64,000 nt of DNA from Planctomycetota bacterium (GTDB taxonomy: Bacteria; Planctomycetota; PLA2; JAEUHO01): positions 2,368,001 to 2,432,000 of the forward strand of contig CBDCTJ010000007.1 of assembly GCA_965222115.1 (NCBI GenBank). Reading direction: 5' to 3'. Every line of letters starts with the position of its first letter. The first letter of the stretch is position 1. The notes beneath the pieces are model-generated. The model made no database searches, was not told where the DNA came from, and worked only from the letters and a program-made list of their open reading frames with translations. The position numbers and the translations under genes were made by a program. Below, piece by piece: positions 19,101 through 29,847 of this stretch.

Positions 19101-20618
19101 CTAGGAGGCCTCCGCAGCGGCAAAGACGTGTCGCTTGTAGATCGATTCGTAGCGCGCGACCATGTCACGCTCGTCGTAACGTTCGCGGACGCGGGCGCTC
19201 ATGCATGCACCCATACGCGCAAGACGCGGCCGGTCTTCCACGAGCGTTTCAATGGCGCCCGCCAAAGCATCGGGCGACGCAATCGGAACAACGAGCCCAC
19301 CCTCGCCGCGCGCCTTTTCTTCCGGCGTGTCTCCCATGAGCAACTCGGAACACGAGCCCACATCGGTTGCCACCGTGGGAATGCCAAATGCCCCAGCTTC
19401 TAGAATCACGAGCGGTTGCGCTTCAGAAATGCTGCTCAGCACGCACAAATCAATCTTTGGATATTCCTCCAATACATTGACGCGCCCCTCGAACACGACG
19501 TGATCGTCAAGTCGCAACATGGTTCGCAGTGACTCGCAATCGGCCACGTATTCGGGATCCTCGTCATAGGGGCCCATGACGCGAAAGGTCACGTTGGGAT
19601 ATCGATCGAGTACGAGGCGCGCCGTGCGAAGCAACGTGCGAATGTCTTTGATGGGGCACACACGGCCCACGAAGCCCACCACGAAGGGATCCGTTGGCTT
19701 CGTCTTGGTGTTCTTTGGCGTTGGTGCAGCACCAAAGCGGCTCAGATCAATCCCGTTTGGCACCACATGGATCTTTTCGGCGGGCGCGCCATCGCGCATC
19801 TGAAGCTCGGCGTTGCCTTGATAGAGTGTATAGATATCGTCCGCCGCGCGGTAGCACTCGCGGCTCATCATCGCGAACTGACGCATCCAGAATCGCTTGA
19901 AGTAGGGGGCCTCTCGAGATGTCACATTCACGCTGGCCGGCCCGTCCGGAATCCACGTTGCGCGCTGAATATCGATGCGACGTTCCTTGGCATAGATACC
20001 GTGCTCGGTGAGCACCATGGGACGACCCGTAGCGGCCACCGCACCCGCGGCAAGCACGCCAGCATAGCCGGTACACACCGTGTGAAACATGCGCGCATCA
20101 GGAAGCGGCGCCGTCAAGACGTTGAGGAAGGGCAGCAGTGCAAATCGCCACGTCCAAAAGAACTGCAAGAGACCCTCGCGCGACGCTTCTTCGCGATAGG
20201 TTTCGAGCATGACGTCCCACCCTTCAGGGGAGTTGAGGAGGGCGAGCTTGAGTTGCTCAATATTCGCTTCTTCATTGACCGCGCGAAAGAAGTTGTCAAA
20301 GGCACCTACGTCGTCGTCGCGCAACTGCGTCATGAGACGCTGAAACGTCTCAATCGTTTCACGCCACTTTCCAGCCGGCACGGAGTACATGTCCGATTCT
20401 GTGGCTGCGTGCTGCAAATAGACTTCACGAACGCCCACTACGTTGTCGGGCAATGTGTAGCGGTGGCCTTTGGGGTAGTAGTCGGGCTTCGGGCTCAAAT
20501 GCACAATCGTAAACGTGAGATCGTTGAGCTTGGTTACGAGGCGATGAACCCATGAGGACACGCCTCCGGTGACAAACGGATAGGTTCCTTCCAAAATCAG
20601 GCAGACGTCGGCACTCAT
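19101..20618 (-). CDS. pelF: GT4 glycosyltransferase PelF
   Basis: DVCLILEGTYPFVTGGVSSW, TGYAG, LTEHGIYAKER, GRVCPIKDI, SISEAQPLVILE. Confidence 0.93.
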   Translation of the reverse strand: MSADVCLILEGTYPFVTGGVSSWVHRLVTKLNDLTFTIVHLSPKPDYYPKGHRYTLPDNVVGVREVYLQHAATESDMYSVPAGKWRETIETFQRLMTQLRDDDVGAFDNFFRAVNEEANIEQLKLALLNSPEGWDVMLETYREEASREGLLQFFWTWRFALLPFLNVLTAPLPDARMFHTVCTGYAGVLAAGAVAATGRPMVLTEHGIYAKERRIDIQRATWIPDGPASVNVTSREAPYFKRFWMRQFAMMSRECYRAADDIYTLYQGNAELQMRDGAPAEKIHVVPNGIDLSRFGAAPTPKNTKTKPTDPFVVGFVGRVCPIKDIRTLLRTARLVLDRYPNVTFRVMGPYDEDPEYVADCESLRTMLRLDDHVVFEGRVNVLEEYPKIDLCVLSSISEAQPLVILEAGAFGIPTVATDVGSCSELLMGDTPEEKARGEGGLVVPIASPDALAGAIETLVEDRPRLARMGACMSARVRERYDERDMVARYESIYKRHVFAAAEAS

Positions 20619-21562
20619 GCAACGCGCTCCCGTTCTGCGGTCGCTGCGAAGGAGAGCCACACGGGAACGTGTGCACCCGCCTCGTTCAGCGAGCGATGAA
20701 TGGCGCGCACACGATCAAAGTCTCGCCTTTCAATGGCTTCCGCGGCATCGCGAATCGATTCGCGAACTTCGTCGGACTCGTGCCCCTTGTTTACGGGGGC
20801 CATGGGCGTTGATGACAAGCCTGCCTGTTGACGCAATGACTCTTCCATGTGCCAGCGCGCGCTACGCGAATCGAGTACGCCCGACGTGGCCAACGAGCGA
20901 TGGGCATCGCTGAGTTCGGCCTGGACTTGTAGGTCGCCGGGCCGTTCGCCCAACGACTGCGTACAGGCGTGGATGCGCGCCAGGTACTGATCTTCGGCTT
21001 GCGTGATCTGTGCGTGGGCGAACAGCGCGACTTCGGCGTCGGGCAACGTCAGACAACGGCGTAGCAACGCCATGTGTTTGGGTTGACCCAGCTTTGCCAG
21101 CTTCCGGAGCGCATTGCGTTTGTGGTCCGGCGTGCCGTGCTCAAGGATGGCCGCGAAACTCTCTGCGTCACACATGGCCGCTAGGTCGCGGTCGGGTTGC
21201 CCCGTGAACAAGCTCCGTCGCGGACGCATGTCGTGGCTCTCAAGGACTTCATCGTGGAACTGTCGAAGCGTGTGTCCCGCTTCGGCGAAGCGCGTGCCGA
21301 GCGAGCGGCGACCCACGAGCGCGAGGAGGGCACCTATGAGCGGGACACTAAACGTCATAAGGCCGTCGATATGCAACTCGACGCTGTGTTGGCGTGCCAC
21401 ACGTAACGAGGGTGGCACCCACAACATGAGTAGTGTCGCTACGCAATGCACCAACAAGGCGGCTATCTGTAGCCACCCACTGCTCGATGTGACCAACGCG
21501 AGCGCGACCAGTTCGAGCACAATGGCAACAAAGCAGTTGCCTACGATCATGGCGCGTGCCAT
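20615..21562 (-). CDS. pelE: PelE-like membrane protein (TM helices plus HEAT/TPR)
   Basis: N-terminal TMs, KRNALRKL...LLRRCL..PDAEVALFA; lies between pelD and pelF with overlapping start/stop codons. Confidence 0.7.
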   Translation of the reverse strand: MARAMIVGNCFVAIVLELVALALVTSSSGWLQIAALLVHCVATLLMLWVPPSLRVARQHSVELHIDGLMTFSVPLIGALLALVGRRSLGTRFAEAGHTLRQFHDEVLESHDMRPRRSLFTGQPDRDLAAMCDAESFAAILEHGTPDHKRNALRKLAKLGQPKHMALLRRCLTLPDAEVALFAHAQITQAEDQYLARIHACTQSLGERPGDLQVQAELSDAHRSLATSGVLDSRSARWHMEESLRQQAGLSSTPMAPVNKGHESDEVRESIRDAAEAIERRDFDRVRAIHRSLNEAGAHVPVWLSFAATAERERVA

Positions 21563-23310
21563 CAGCTGAGAATTCCAAGCAGCTTTAAGTGATGATCCGC
21601 GTGAGTGCCTGTCGTGCCCAGTGTGTGGCGCTTGACGTGGAAATCGCCCGGTCTGGCGTCGACCATGGCATCGGTTAGGAATTCAATGCAGCGTGCAACC
21701 GCGGTGTCGGTGCCGTTTGCATCGGTCGCCGGAAGTAGCAATACAAGTGTGTTGGATTCCAGCATGAAGACACCATCCGATGGACGTAAGGAAGCCGCGA
21801 GCGCAGGGAGCGTTTCCGATTGTGTGTCTTCGCTAGCAACGTGCCGTGATTCGATGAGTACGAGTTGGCAAGGGTCGCCTGTAGTCGAGGCCACGCTCGT
21901 TTCCATCGGAATGCGCCGCAGCAGTCCATCCAGATCGCCGACGCGACCGTGGTGCGGAATCGAAACCGGGCATGCGGGATCGAGATTCATCGTCGAGCGC
22001 AAGCGGAATTCGCGATCGAGCTCGTCGAGCATGGCATACGCATCAGGCGTGGTGGGCTCGAGGCGCGTGGCACGTACGGAACACTCAAGTCGCGCATCGG
22101 ACTTCTCAGTCCACGTGCGATTTACCGAGCGCAGCGCCTCATCGCCCTCCGTGAGGACAATCACATAACAGCCCGGATGACCGAATCGATAGAGCGTCTT
22201 GCCATGAAAGTCGGAGGCAAGCAAGTGACGAAGTTCGCGGTCGAGTGCGGTCTGAGCACCCGCGGACCCATGGCGCCACCCGTCGGCATGAATCGCCACA
22301 ACGGCCAGCGAAGTTCCGTACCGTTCCGCTCGGTGCGTTTCAACATGCAAGCGCTCACCAAACTCGTCTTGGGACGCAATCACCAACGGAGGATGGGCAT
22401 CGGTTGCGCTTGACGGGTGGCGAGTCTGGTTGGCGTCCAGTGAAGTTTCGGCCCACTCCGCAATGCCGAAGAATACGGAAGCGGATTCGGGACTGAGTTG
22501 TTGCGTAGGTACTTCATCGACGCAGAGCAAAGCGCCTATGCGTCCTTCGCGCGTGCGCAAGGGCGCAACAAACAAGGGATCGGTGGCGCCAAGAACGCCG
22601 TGCACTTCAAATGCCTTGAGCGGTCGCTCGCGTTTGAGTGCCTGGGCGAGCACCCGGCTTTCGGAGAGCTTCGGGGCGCGCATCTTCAGGTCTTCGTGGG
22701 TCCAGCCATCGTGCTTGGCAACGGTCAAGGTGCCATCGGTTGCTACGTCGATCACCGACGACTTGGTGGCGCCGCAGTGCTTGCGCACAAGACGAAGTAC
22801 GAGCGCAAAGGGATCCTCGACGCCCTCGCGTTCTAATTGGGTCGTGGAATCGAATGCACTGGCGACGTGGACAGGCAGTTCTTCAATGCGCTCCTTGAGT
22901 CGCGCATTGGCCTCTAGCAGTACATCGCGTTCGTAGCCAAGCCGCGCTGCAGTGCGCGAGGCGGTTTGCAGCTTCGTTTCAACGCGCCGAAAGGTGGATG
23001 CGTGGGCATCGTGAATCTCGCCTACCAAGAATGCACCACCAAAGAAGCAGAGCAACGGAAGCGGATCGGACAAGAGTGTCGTGAACGCGAGTGGTGCACT
23101 CATGCCGTCGGCCATCAGGCCCAGGCTTTGGATTGTCAGTCCAATGACGGCGGTCAACATACCCACCACAGTGCCATGGGCGGCGGCCATGCCGAGGATG
23201 ATCAGCCAGTACGGGTGGGGATACACCCCGTAGAGACCCAGCGGCGAGCTTCCAACGGCAAGCTCAATGAGAATTGATACGGTGTAGAGAAACCCAATGT
23301 CGCGCAACAC
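21562..23310 (-). CDS. pelD: PelD-like c-di-GMP receptor (TMs, GAF, degenerate GGDEF domains)
   Basis: PHPYWLIIL...AAHG TM region, coiled coil, GAF-like segment, RPSD I-site. Start placed at GTG 23310 because the longer ORF (to 23541) overlaps pelB. Confidence 0.72.
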   Translation of the reverse strand: MLRDIGFLYTVSILIELAVGSSPLGLYGVYPHPYWLIILGMAAAHGTVVGMLTAVIGLTIQSLGLMADGMSAPLAFTTLLSDPLPLLCFFGGAFLVGEIHDAHASTFRRVETKLQTASRTAARLGYERDVLLEANARLKERIEELPVHVASAFDSTTQLEREGVEDPFALVLRLVRKHCGATKSSVIDVATDGTLTVAKHDGWTHEDLKMRAPKLSESRVLAQALKRERPLKAFEVHGVLGATDPLFVAPLRTREGRIGALLCVDEVPTQQLSPESASVFFGIAEWAETSLDANQTRHPSSATDAHPPLVIASQDEFGERLHVETHRAERYGTSLAVVAIHADGWRHGSAGAQTALDRELRHLLASDFHGKTLYRFGHPGCYVIVLTEGDEALRSVNRTWTEKSDARLECSVRATRLEPTTPDAYAMLDELDREFRLRSTMNLDPACPVSIPHHGRVGDLDGLLRRIPMETSVASTTGDPCQLVLIESRHVASEDTQSETLPALAASLRPSDGVFMLESNTLVLLLPATDANGTDTAVARCIEFLTDAMVDARPGDFHVKRHTLGTTGTHADHHLKLLGILS

Positions 23311-23350
23311 AGACAGGGAACTCTGAGATCGGCCGTGCGTGCTGGCGGGG

Positions 23351-26300
23351 TTACCAGAACCAGTCGAAGAAGATTGAGACGTGTCCGAAGTCGCCGTCTT
23401 GGAACTCGCTATTGGAGCCGTAGCCGAACGTCGCCCGGACGCGGGCACACCGGTGGAGTTGCCATTCAAGTCCGCCTTCAAGACCCCAGAGGAGTCCTGC
23501 GGCATGCGGGTCAAACCCTGCGTAGAATTCGGCTGTCGCATCCACCACCTGCGCCAAGCGACGCTTCGCCCGAAGCCCCGCCGTTAGGAAGTCCGTCCGC
23601 TTGCCCAACGGAAGAACTTCGGCTAAGCGCCTATCGTCAAGGTGGCGCGTGGCGCTGTAGTTCAGGCGTACTGAAAGCTCGCAGGGCAGCTCAAATAGCC
23701 GACGACCGGCCTCAACCGACCAACTCGCCCAGCCATCCCACGCCAAACCGTGCCCGGGCACATGTGCACCAAAGCGATCAAACGACGCGGTGGCATGCAG
23801 CCAATAACAAGTGTCAAACTCGCGGTGTACGGTCGCACGAACGCCACGCTTACGTCCGCCCAATGCTGGCGCGGCACCCGTTTCGTCCATGATCGTGTCG
23901 TAGTGGCCCTCAAGTGACAGTGACCAGTACGGTAACGAACCCGTCGTCGTAATCGATGCGCGGACACCGGCATCGGGACCACGGACGCGGTCGTCATAGA
24001 CATCCGCGCCAATCATTGCCCACGTTGTTCCATGGATGCGGTAGTGCAGGTCGGTTTGTAGTTGCCAAAAATCGTCACCGATCTTGTTGCCCGGTGTTCC
24101 GGTTGCGATGCCCTCCGTGCTGGCTTGCGTGCCACTCACAACGGCCCGCAGTCGGTCTATAAGCAACGGCACTGTCGCACTGATCCCCGTATACGAAGTG
24201 CGATCATCCGCGGCGAATCGATGCCGTGAAAATGCGGTTGCTGTTCGCTCCGTATCGAAGAGGTTGGATCGTAGTTGACGCCGCGTTTCATTGCTATCGG
24301 GCGCCAGTGCAAGCTGTCGCGCATACATGCGCGATGCCGCCTGCACCCGTCCGCTGTATTGAAGGGCGGTGGCATATTCGCCCCAGAAATTTGGCGCAGG
24401 CGGGGGCCCCGTTCGAATGACCCGTTTCAGTACCTCTGCGGCGTCGGCCGGACGGTGCTCATGGAGTTTCAAGTTGGCATCTTGCCGAAGGAGTCGGCGG
24501 TTCTCCGGTTCCAACTGCGACGCTTCACGCCAAACGCGGCGCGCCGCGGAAAAGCGTTCATTGCCTATTAGGCCGTCTACGAGATCCAGTGGAATCGCTA
24601 TCTCGTCTGGATGTTTGGCTCGCAACTCGCGAAAGCGACGACACCCTTCGGCTTCGGGACCAAGGCGCATTAGGCAACGGGCAAGAGTCGTCTCTTCGCC
24701 AATCGATCGATCCGAAAGCGCGCGCTGCGCTGCGAGCGCAACGCGAAAGTGCCGCTTCGCCAATGTGCGATGCCTCAGCGACCAGTAGTTTTCGCCAAGC
24801 AGGTAGCGGACTTGACCGCGTGCACGCCTTTCGTCCTCCTTCAATTCATGAGGCGCAATGGCAAGGCGAAGCTTGAGGTAGGGAATCGCCATTCGTGGAC
24901 GCCCCACGACACCGTAGGCTTCTCCCAGTCGGCGTAGTACGAGTCCATCTCTTGGCTGGGTGACGAGCAAGGCCTTGTATATAGGCACAGCTTGGGCAAC
25001 GCGGTCGGCTGTGACGAGGACTTCGGCGTATCGAATGTGGTCCGTTCGTGTGGCATCCGGTTCTTCATAGAGAGTGCGCCATACTCGAACCGCGTCGTCC
25101 ACTCGCTTTGCATCGACCAACGCACCGGCGTACTCACGTCGGTCATCGCGTGTGGCGTCCCGATGGCGAACGAGGCGCTCGTAGACCGCTACCATCTCCT
25201 CGTTTCGTTTTGCAGCAAGCAAGGCCGCCAGCAACCGGCGAAAATCACTGCGCGTGGCATCGGGTCGGCGCGCGCGAGCCTGAAGCAACGCGATCGCTTC
25301 GGGCAAACGCTTCAGTTCTTCAAGCGCGGTGATGTAGCGCGCAATATCCTCTTCGTTGGCATCGGCACGGTGGGCACGAGTTTGCAAGTAGGGTAACGCC
25401 TCGGCGTAGGCTTTGGTGCCTTCCAGCGCGTAGAGGTAACGGTCCAGCGCGTCCTTTTGACTCGGATTGGCACGAAATTGTTTCCGCACCAGCGGCAGCG
25501 CCTCGTGAAAGGACTCGTTGTCGAGGAGCGCTTGGACATAACGTTCTGCGTCTTCGGATGTGTCGCCTGACGCATCAGCTAAGGCGCGCAGCAGCGGAAG
25601 TGCCTCGTCGCCGCGGTCATCTGCGCCATACAGTGACGCCAAGGCTCGCATATTGCTGACATCCTGAGGCGCCACCCGAAATAAGGCCTCGCGTGCTTCA
25701 ATCTTCAGGGCGCTGTCATCCGTCCACGTGGCGCGCTTGACCCAATCGCGAATGGCGTCCTCATCGCCGTTCTCAGCCAAAGCACGCGCGCGCTCCAGCG
25801 CAGCCGCTCGTTTCGGATCCTTGGCGTCAAGGTGAAACAAGCGCTCCTTACGGACCTGTTCACTGTCGGGAAATCGTTTGGCGAGGGCGTCAAACAGGGA
25901 CTCAAGATCGTCGTCTTCCACTATGTCGCGGTGTACGTAGAGCAGATCAATACCTTGTTCCGGCGTGGTCGCTTCATGGGCGAGCAATCGCTCAACGTTT
26001 TGCATAGCCTGTTCGGACGATAGTTTGGCCGCAGACAAGTAATCCGCGAGTCGTAGATAGTCGTCGGCACGCTCGATCGCAGCGTAGGTGTCTCGGTAGA
26101 TTGCGCTTGCCTTCTCTACATCCTGTGATGCAAGGTGAAGATTGGCCAATCGCACTCGCAGGCGTTGCTTCGACGCCCCGTCTTCTACAACTGCCAACTC
26201 CTTGGTGAGCAGCACGCGCAATTTGTCTCGATCGTCGGTCTTTAGGTAGAGGTCCAGCAACTCATCGGCGTAGCGAACGGAATCGCTTCCAGCGAAGGTT

Positions 26301-27676
26301 CCCCTCGGATACGCGTCATATAGCGATTTGAGAATGTCGCCCGCGCGATCAAGGCGCAGGTCCTGCAACGCGATACGATAGGCGTCCTCTTTCCAGGGAC
26401 GCGGATTGTTATCTTGCGACCACGCGACTCGATAGAAGTCGAGTGCAGCGTCGATATTGCCCGCTGACAACGCCACATGAATCGCTAACTTGATGTGTTC
26501 CTCACTCGGCTGTGCGGCGACCAATCGTCGTGCATGGGCGAGAGCAACAGAAAACTTCACTTGCGCCATGAGGGCGACGACGAGACGCTTGCGCTGCGCG
26601 ATGGTCAGCGCCTCGTCCGGTAAGCGCCGCAGGGCGTCTGCCTCTTCATGGGTTCGTGACAACCAGCCGGCCACGGTTGCGCGCCGCTCCAACAATTTGC
26701 GATCGAGCCTTGCGATACTGACGCCGAGTAACAGAAACGCGCTGTGCTGTTCTTCGTTTTCAATATGTGCCGCGCTCAGACGATCAATGACGCGCCGTGA
26801 CGGACGGGATGCGTAGGCGCGGTGCAGCCAACGAAGCCTCGCGCGCATACGGTTTGCGGCACGAAACTTCGCTGCCATGGCGAGCGAGGCTGCTTCGCGT
26901 TCACTCGCGTCAAGCGTGTCCCATGCGCGCAGAATGGTGGCCGCTGCCCGATCTGCCGGTTCCGGGAGGTTTGTGAGGTCGGGCGACTTCACGGGTGTGT
27001 CGCTTGGCAGGGCAAAGAACTGTTCCGTCCACGTACGCTGAACGGTATCGGCGCTTGCTGCAATCAGTTGCGTAGCGAGCACGTCGGTGGTGAGCGTCCC
27101 GGGTTGTGGGGGCGAAGACACCATGGCTACAAGTTGATCAAGTTGCTTTGACGCGGCGTCACGTTCTTGATTCCACGCATCGGCGGCGGGGTGTTCTGAC
27201 GATACGGTGTCGCGAGGGCGAGTGAGCGCGGACGAGAGCCACGCTCGAATGGTCGCAATAGTCTCCTGTTGGCTCAAAGTCTCGTCAACGCCATCAAGCG
27301 TCTGCAGCGCTTTGCGTACATCACCGGTGGCTTTGGTTTCGGCGATCACTTCCCCGACTCGCTTGCTGAGTATTTCTTCGGGCGATGGCGTGACGGGGTC
27401 TGGCGAGTTCGCGTCGGGATCCTCGGGGAGTGGATCCAATTTTGATGAATTGGAGTCCGTTGAAGTATCGGTCTCGGTGTCTTTGGGATCTACTGTCGTC
27501 GGATCGGAGCCTGCGTCGTCGCTCGTTGGCGGATCGATCGATTCACCGGTATGCGTAACGGGCGCTGGTTCGGGCTCGGTTGGCGGCGTCGTACTGCGCG
27601 TGCTTAAGTAGAGCAGCAAGAGTACGCCCACGCCCAACGTCAAGAAGATCATGGCTTCTTGCCAGGTGAGCCTCAC
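23351..27676 (-). CDS. pelB: PelB-like TPR plus outer-membrane beta-barrel porin
   Basis: 1441 aa: N-terminal hydrophobic segment, P/T/D-rich linker, long TPR-like array, beta-strand C-terminus ending FFDWFW; follows pelA. Confidence 0.72.
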   Translation of the reverse strand: MRLTWQEAMIFLTLGVGVLLLLYLSTRSTTPPTEPEPAPVTHTGESIDPPTSDDAGSDPTTVDPKDTETDTSTDSNSSKLDPLPEDPDANSPDPVTPSPEEILSKRVGEVIAETKATGDVRKALQTLDGVDETLSQQETIATIRAWLSSALTRPRDTVSSEHPAADAWNQERDAASKQLDQLVAMVSSPPQPGTLTTDVLATQLIAASADTVQRTWTEQFFALPSDTPVKSPDLTNLPEPADRAAATILRAWDTLDASEREAASLAMAAKFRAANRMRARLRWLHRAYASRPSRRVIDRLSAAHIENEEQHSAFLLLGVSIARLDRKLLERRATVAGWLSRTHEEADALRRLPDEALTIAQRKRLVVALMAQVKFSVALAHARRLVAAQPSEEHIKLAIHVALSAGNIDAALDFYRVAWSQDNNPRPWKEDAYRIALQDLRLDRAGDILKSLYDAYPRGTFAGSDSVRYADELLDLYLKTDDRDKLRVLLTKELAVVEDGASKQRLRVRLANLHLASQDVEKASAIYRDTYAAIERADDYLRLADYLSAAKLSSEQAMQNVERLLAHEATTPEQGIDLLYVHRDIVEDDDLESLFDALAKRFPDSEQVRKERLFHLDAKDPKRAAALERARALAENGDEDAIRDWVKRATWTDDSALKIEAREALFRVAPQDVSNMRALASLYGADDRGDEALPLLRALADASGDTSEDAERYVQALLDNESFHEALPLVRKQFRANPSQKDALDRYLYALEGTKAYAEALPYLQTRAHRADANEEDIARYITALEELKRLPEAIALLQARARRPDATRSDFRRLLAALLAAKRNEEMVAVYERLVRHRDATRDDRREYAGALVDAKRVDDAVRVWRTLYEEPDATRTDHIRYAEVLVTADRVAQAVPIYKALLVTQPRDGLVLRRLGEAYGVVGRPRMAIPYLKLRLAIAPHELKEDERRARGQVRYLLGENYWSLRHRTLAKRHFRVALAAQRALSDRSIGEETTLARCLMRLGPEAEGCRRFRELRAKHPDEIAIPLDLVDGLIGNERFSAARRVWREASQLEPENRRLLRQDANLKLHEHRPADAAEVLKRVIRTGPPPAPNFWGEYATALQYSGRVQAASRMYARQLALAPDSNETRRQLRSNLFDTERTATAFSRHRFAADDRTSYTGISATVPLLIDRLRAVVSGTQASTEGIATGTPGNKIGDDFWQLQTDLHYRIHGTTWAMIGADVYDDRVRGPDAGVRASITTTGSLPYWSLSLEGHYDTIMDETGAAPALGGRKRGVRATVHREFDTCYWLHATASFDRFGAHVPGHGLAWDGWASWSVEAGRRLFELPCELSVRLNYSATRHLDDRRLAEVLPLGKRTDFLTAGLRAKRRLAQVVDATAEFYAGFDPHAAGLLWGLEGGLEWQLHRCARVRATFGYGSNSEFQDGDFGHVSIFFDWFW

Positions 27677-29847
27677 GTTGTTCGGACCTCTATCTGCTCA
27701 ACAGGACCCTTGGGGCGGTGTATCGAGACGCGTCCGTCCTCGTCGACGGTCTCCTGCCCATGTTCGATGCCACCAATCAAGACGCTGACCGTTGCACCCG
27801 GAACGAGTCCCGCCACCACAATCAGGCGCGCGAAGGTAGCCTCACTCGTGAACGCGGCCCCATTTGGGAGCAGGCGTACGTCTCGCAACAGATGATTGGA
27901 TTGTTCGATGTAAGGCCTCGATGGCGGCGAATCCCTTAACACAATGCGACCCTTGGATGCACCAAGGCTCACGAAGAGGCGCCCGCGCATTACCCGTTGG
28001 CCGATTACGCCCTCGCTCGCTCCGATGTCTACGTGCTGATCGGCGTGTTCGAAACGAAGGGTGCGGCAGTGGTCAAATCCCTTGAACGTCCAGCCCGTGG
28101 ATGTTCGGGCCAGCGCCGCGTTGCGTGCAGCGATCACGGCTTTCGCGTAGTCCGACGCGCGCACAACGATGGTCTCTTCCACGAAAGCAAAGCGCCGAAT
28201 GAGGCGCTTGAGTGCGTCCATACGCGCCTTGCGTTCAACGCTGTAGAAGTGCGCATAAATGTTGGCGGGCTTGAGAATCCGGTCGCGTGCGGTCGCGGTG
28301 AGGGTCTTGGCGATATGGAAAAATGCCCCTGGATTGGTTGAGAAAAATCCAGGAAAATGGTTCTCGTTTGCGGCACCTACATAGACCTGCACGGCCTTGC
28401 CTCGCACACGCGCCCACGGTGACACGTAGCCCAGCGAGTTGTAGGCCGGGTCCACGCGAAAGCCACCCCCGTTGAGATTCCACCGCCCCAGTCGATCGGC
28501 GGCAAGGATGGCCGCTTCGGGTGGCTCACAGTCTCCGGACCACAGCAAGCCCTCGCAACGTTTGCCTGGTGCAAGCAAGTACTTTTCGATAAACGCGATC
28601 GATTCCGTGACCTCACTTACGTACGTGCGATCGAAACCTTTGGGCGGATCGAATCCGTATTCCGTGTTCGCTTTGCCGTGGTGTTCGCCATGCGGCGTGG
28701 TTCCGCGTGCATCGTGTTGCGCATCGGGTTTATGCCACACGAATGGGTGTGTCACGGTGTGGGATGCGGCCTCGACTTCGGGTCTCGTCAATAGGCGCTT
28801 GGCAATGCGCATGGTCTTGGTGCTGGTGGGGGGCGTCATCGTGTCTGTGAGACTGGCCACAATGACACTTAGCGTTTGAGGGATCTGAAACGTGTCGCAG
28901 ATCTCTTGTTCCCACACGAGACCGCAGCACTCGTCGGGCTTTCCTCGCGCTGTTGATATCGACTCAAAGCCGTCGCCGTCCACGTGGAGGAAAAACTTGC
29001 GCCTTCCTAATCGAACACTTGGATCGGGGGCAGGCACATCGTCGAGGGCGAGCGCCTCTTGAAAAAACGTGAAGAGGTTGAGAAAGAGCCGACGATCGTT
29101 TCGATCTCCACCAATTTTGCAAATCCACGGCGCGAGGGCGATGCCGCCCCACGGTCCAGTCACCACCGGCATGCGCACATCTTCCGGTCGTTTCCGATCC
29201 TGCGTTCGTAGCCATACGCGATTGTCCGCTCCGACGCTTGTGGGCCCCTGCAATGTCACCAAGTGACTCGGATTGCCTTCAACGGTGTGTAGACCTCGTT
29301 CCGTAAATGCAACCGATACCCGTGCCAGCCCCGCAGCGTAGCCTGAACGATGCTTGAGTCCCATGTGTTTGAGATGCGCGTTTAGCGCTGCCCATTCGGC
29401 GGCGTCCGGAGGTACGTCCAACAGCGGTTCAAGTTGTTGGAGGTGAAGGATCTTCAGTTGGCGTTTGCGCACTTGAGCGAGCCATGGCCAGAGTGATTTG
29501 GGCACAGGCTTATCGCCGTCAAACCATGTAACAACGCCGCGAACCTCGTCGAGCCAGGATTCCGGTGGGAGTCCCTTGTCAATATTCCAAAGTCGAATGG
29601 TGATACCGAGATAGTTGAGCGGCATCTCAATGATCTGAGCCGCGTTGCAATAGATCTCGTTGTGCCGCACCGTGGGATTGAAACGCGTGAGTACGATCAC
29701 TTCGCGCTTGAGTGGCGTAGCCTTAGCTCCTGCGTCATCAGGCTCTGAAGGGATTGCCGATGCCTTGGTGGCGACCCCACCGAGCGCCACTGCAAAGACA
29801 AGTGCCGATGCACCGATCACCTGATAGGTCATGCGCCGCGACTTCAA
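27673..29847 (-). CDS. pelA: PelA deacetylase-only variant
   Basis: EMPLNYLG, PAPDPSVRLGRR..FLHVDGDGF, ASHTVTHPF, WSGDC, NLNGG, KPANIYAHFYS; no N-terminal glycoside hydrolase domain. Confidence 0.85.
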   Translation of the reverse strand: MKSRRMTYQVIGASALVFAVALGGVATKASAIPSEPDDAGAKATPLKREVIVLTRFNPTVRHNEIYCNAAQIIEMPLNYLGITIRLWNIDKGLPPESWLDEVRGVVTWFDGDKPVPKSLWPWLAQVRKRQLKILHLQQLEPLLDVPPDAAEWAALNAHLKHMGLKHRSGYAAGLARVSVAFTERGLHTVEGNPSHLVTLQGPTSVGADNRVWLRTQDRKRPEDVRMPVVTGPWGGIALAPWICKIGGDRNDRRLFLNLFTFFQEALALDDVPAPDPSVRLGRRKFFLHVDGDGFESISTARGKPDECCGLVWEQEICDTFQIPQTLSVIVASLTDTMTPPTSTKTMRIAKRLLTRPEVEAASHTVTHPFVWHKPDAQHDARGTTPHGEHHGKANTEYGFDPPKGFDRTYVSEVTESIAFIEKYLLAPGKRCEGLLWSGDCEPPEAAILAADRLGRWNLNGGGFRVDPAYNSLGYVSPWARVRGKAVQVYVGAANENHFPGFFSTNPGAFFHIAKTLTATARDRILKPANIYAHFYSVERKARMDALKRLIRRFAFVEETIVVRASDYAKAVIAARNAALARTSTGWTFKGFDHCRTLRFEHADQHVDIGASEGVIGQRVMRGRLFVSLGASKGRIVLRDSPPSRPYIEQSNHLLRDVRLLPNGAAFTSEATFARLIVVAGLVPGATVSVLIGGIEHGQETVDEDGRVSIHRPKGPVEQIEVRTT

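Noticed and set aside
23311-23541. N-terminal extension of PelD overlapping pelB by about 190 bp
   Set aside because: Ser/Thr-rich alternative-frame read-through of the pelB 3' end; a later GTG start is more plausible
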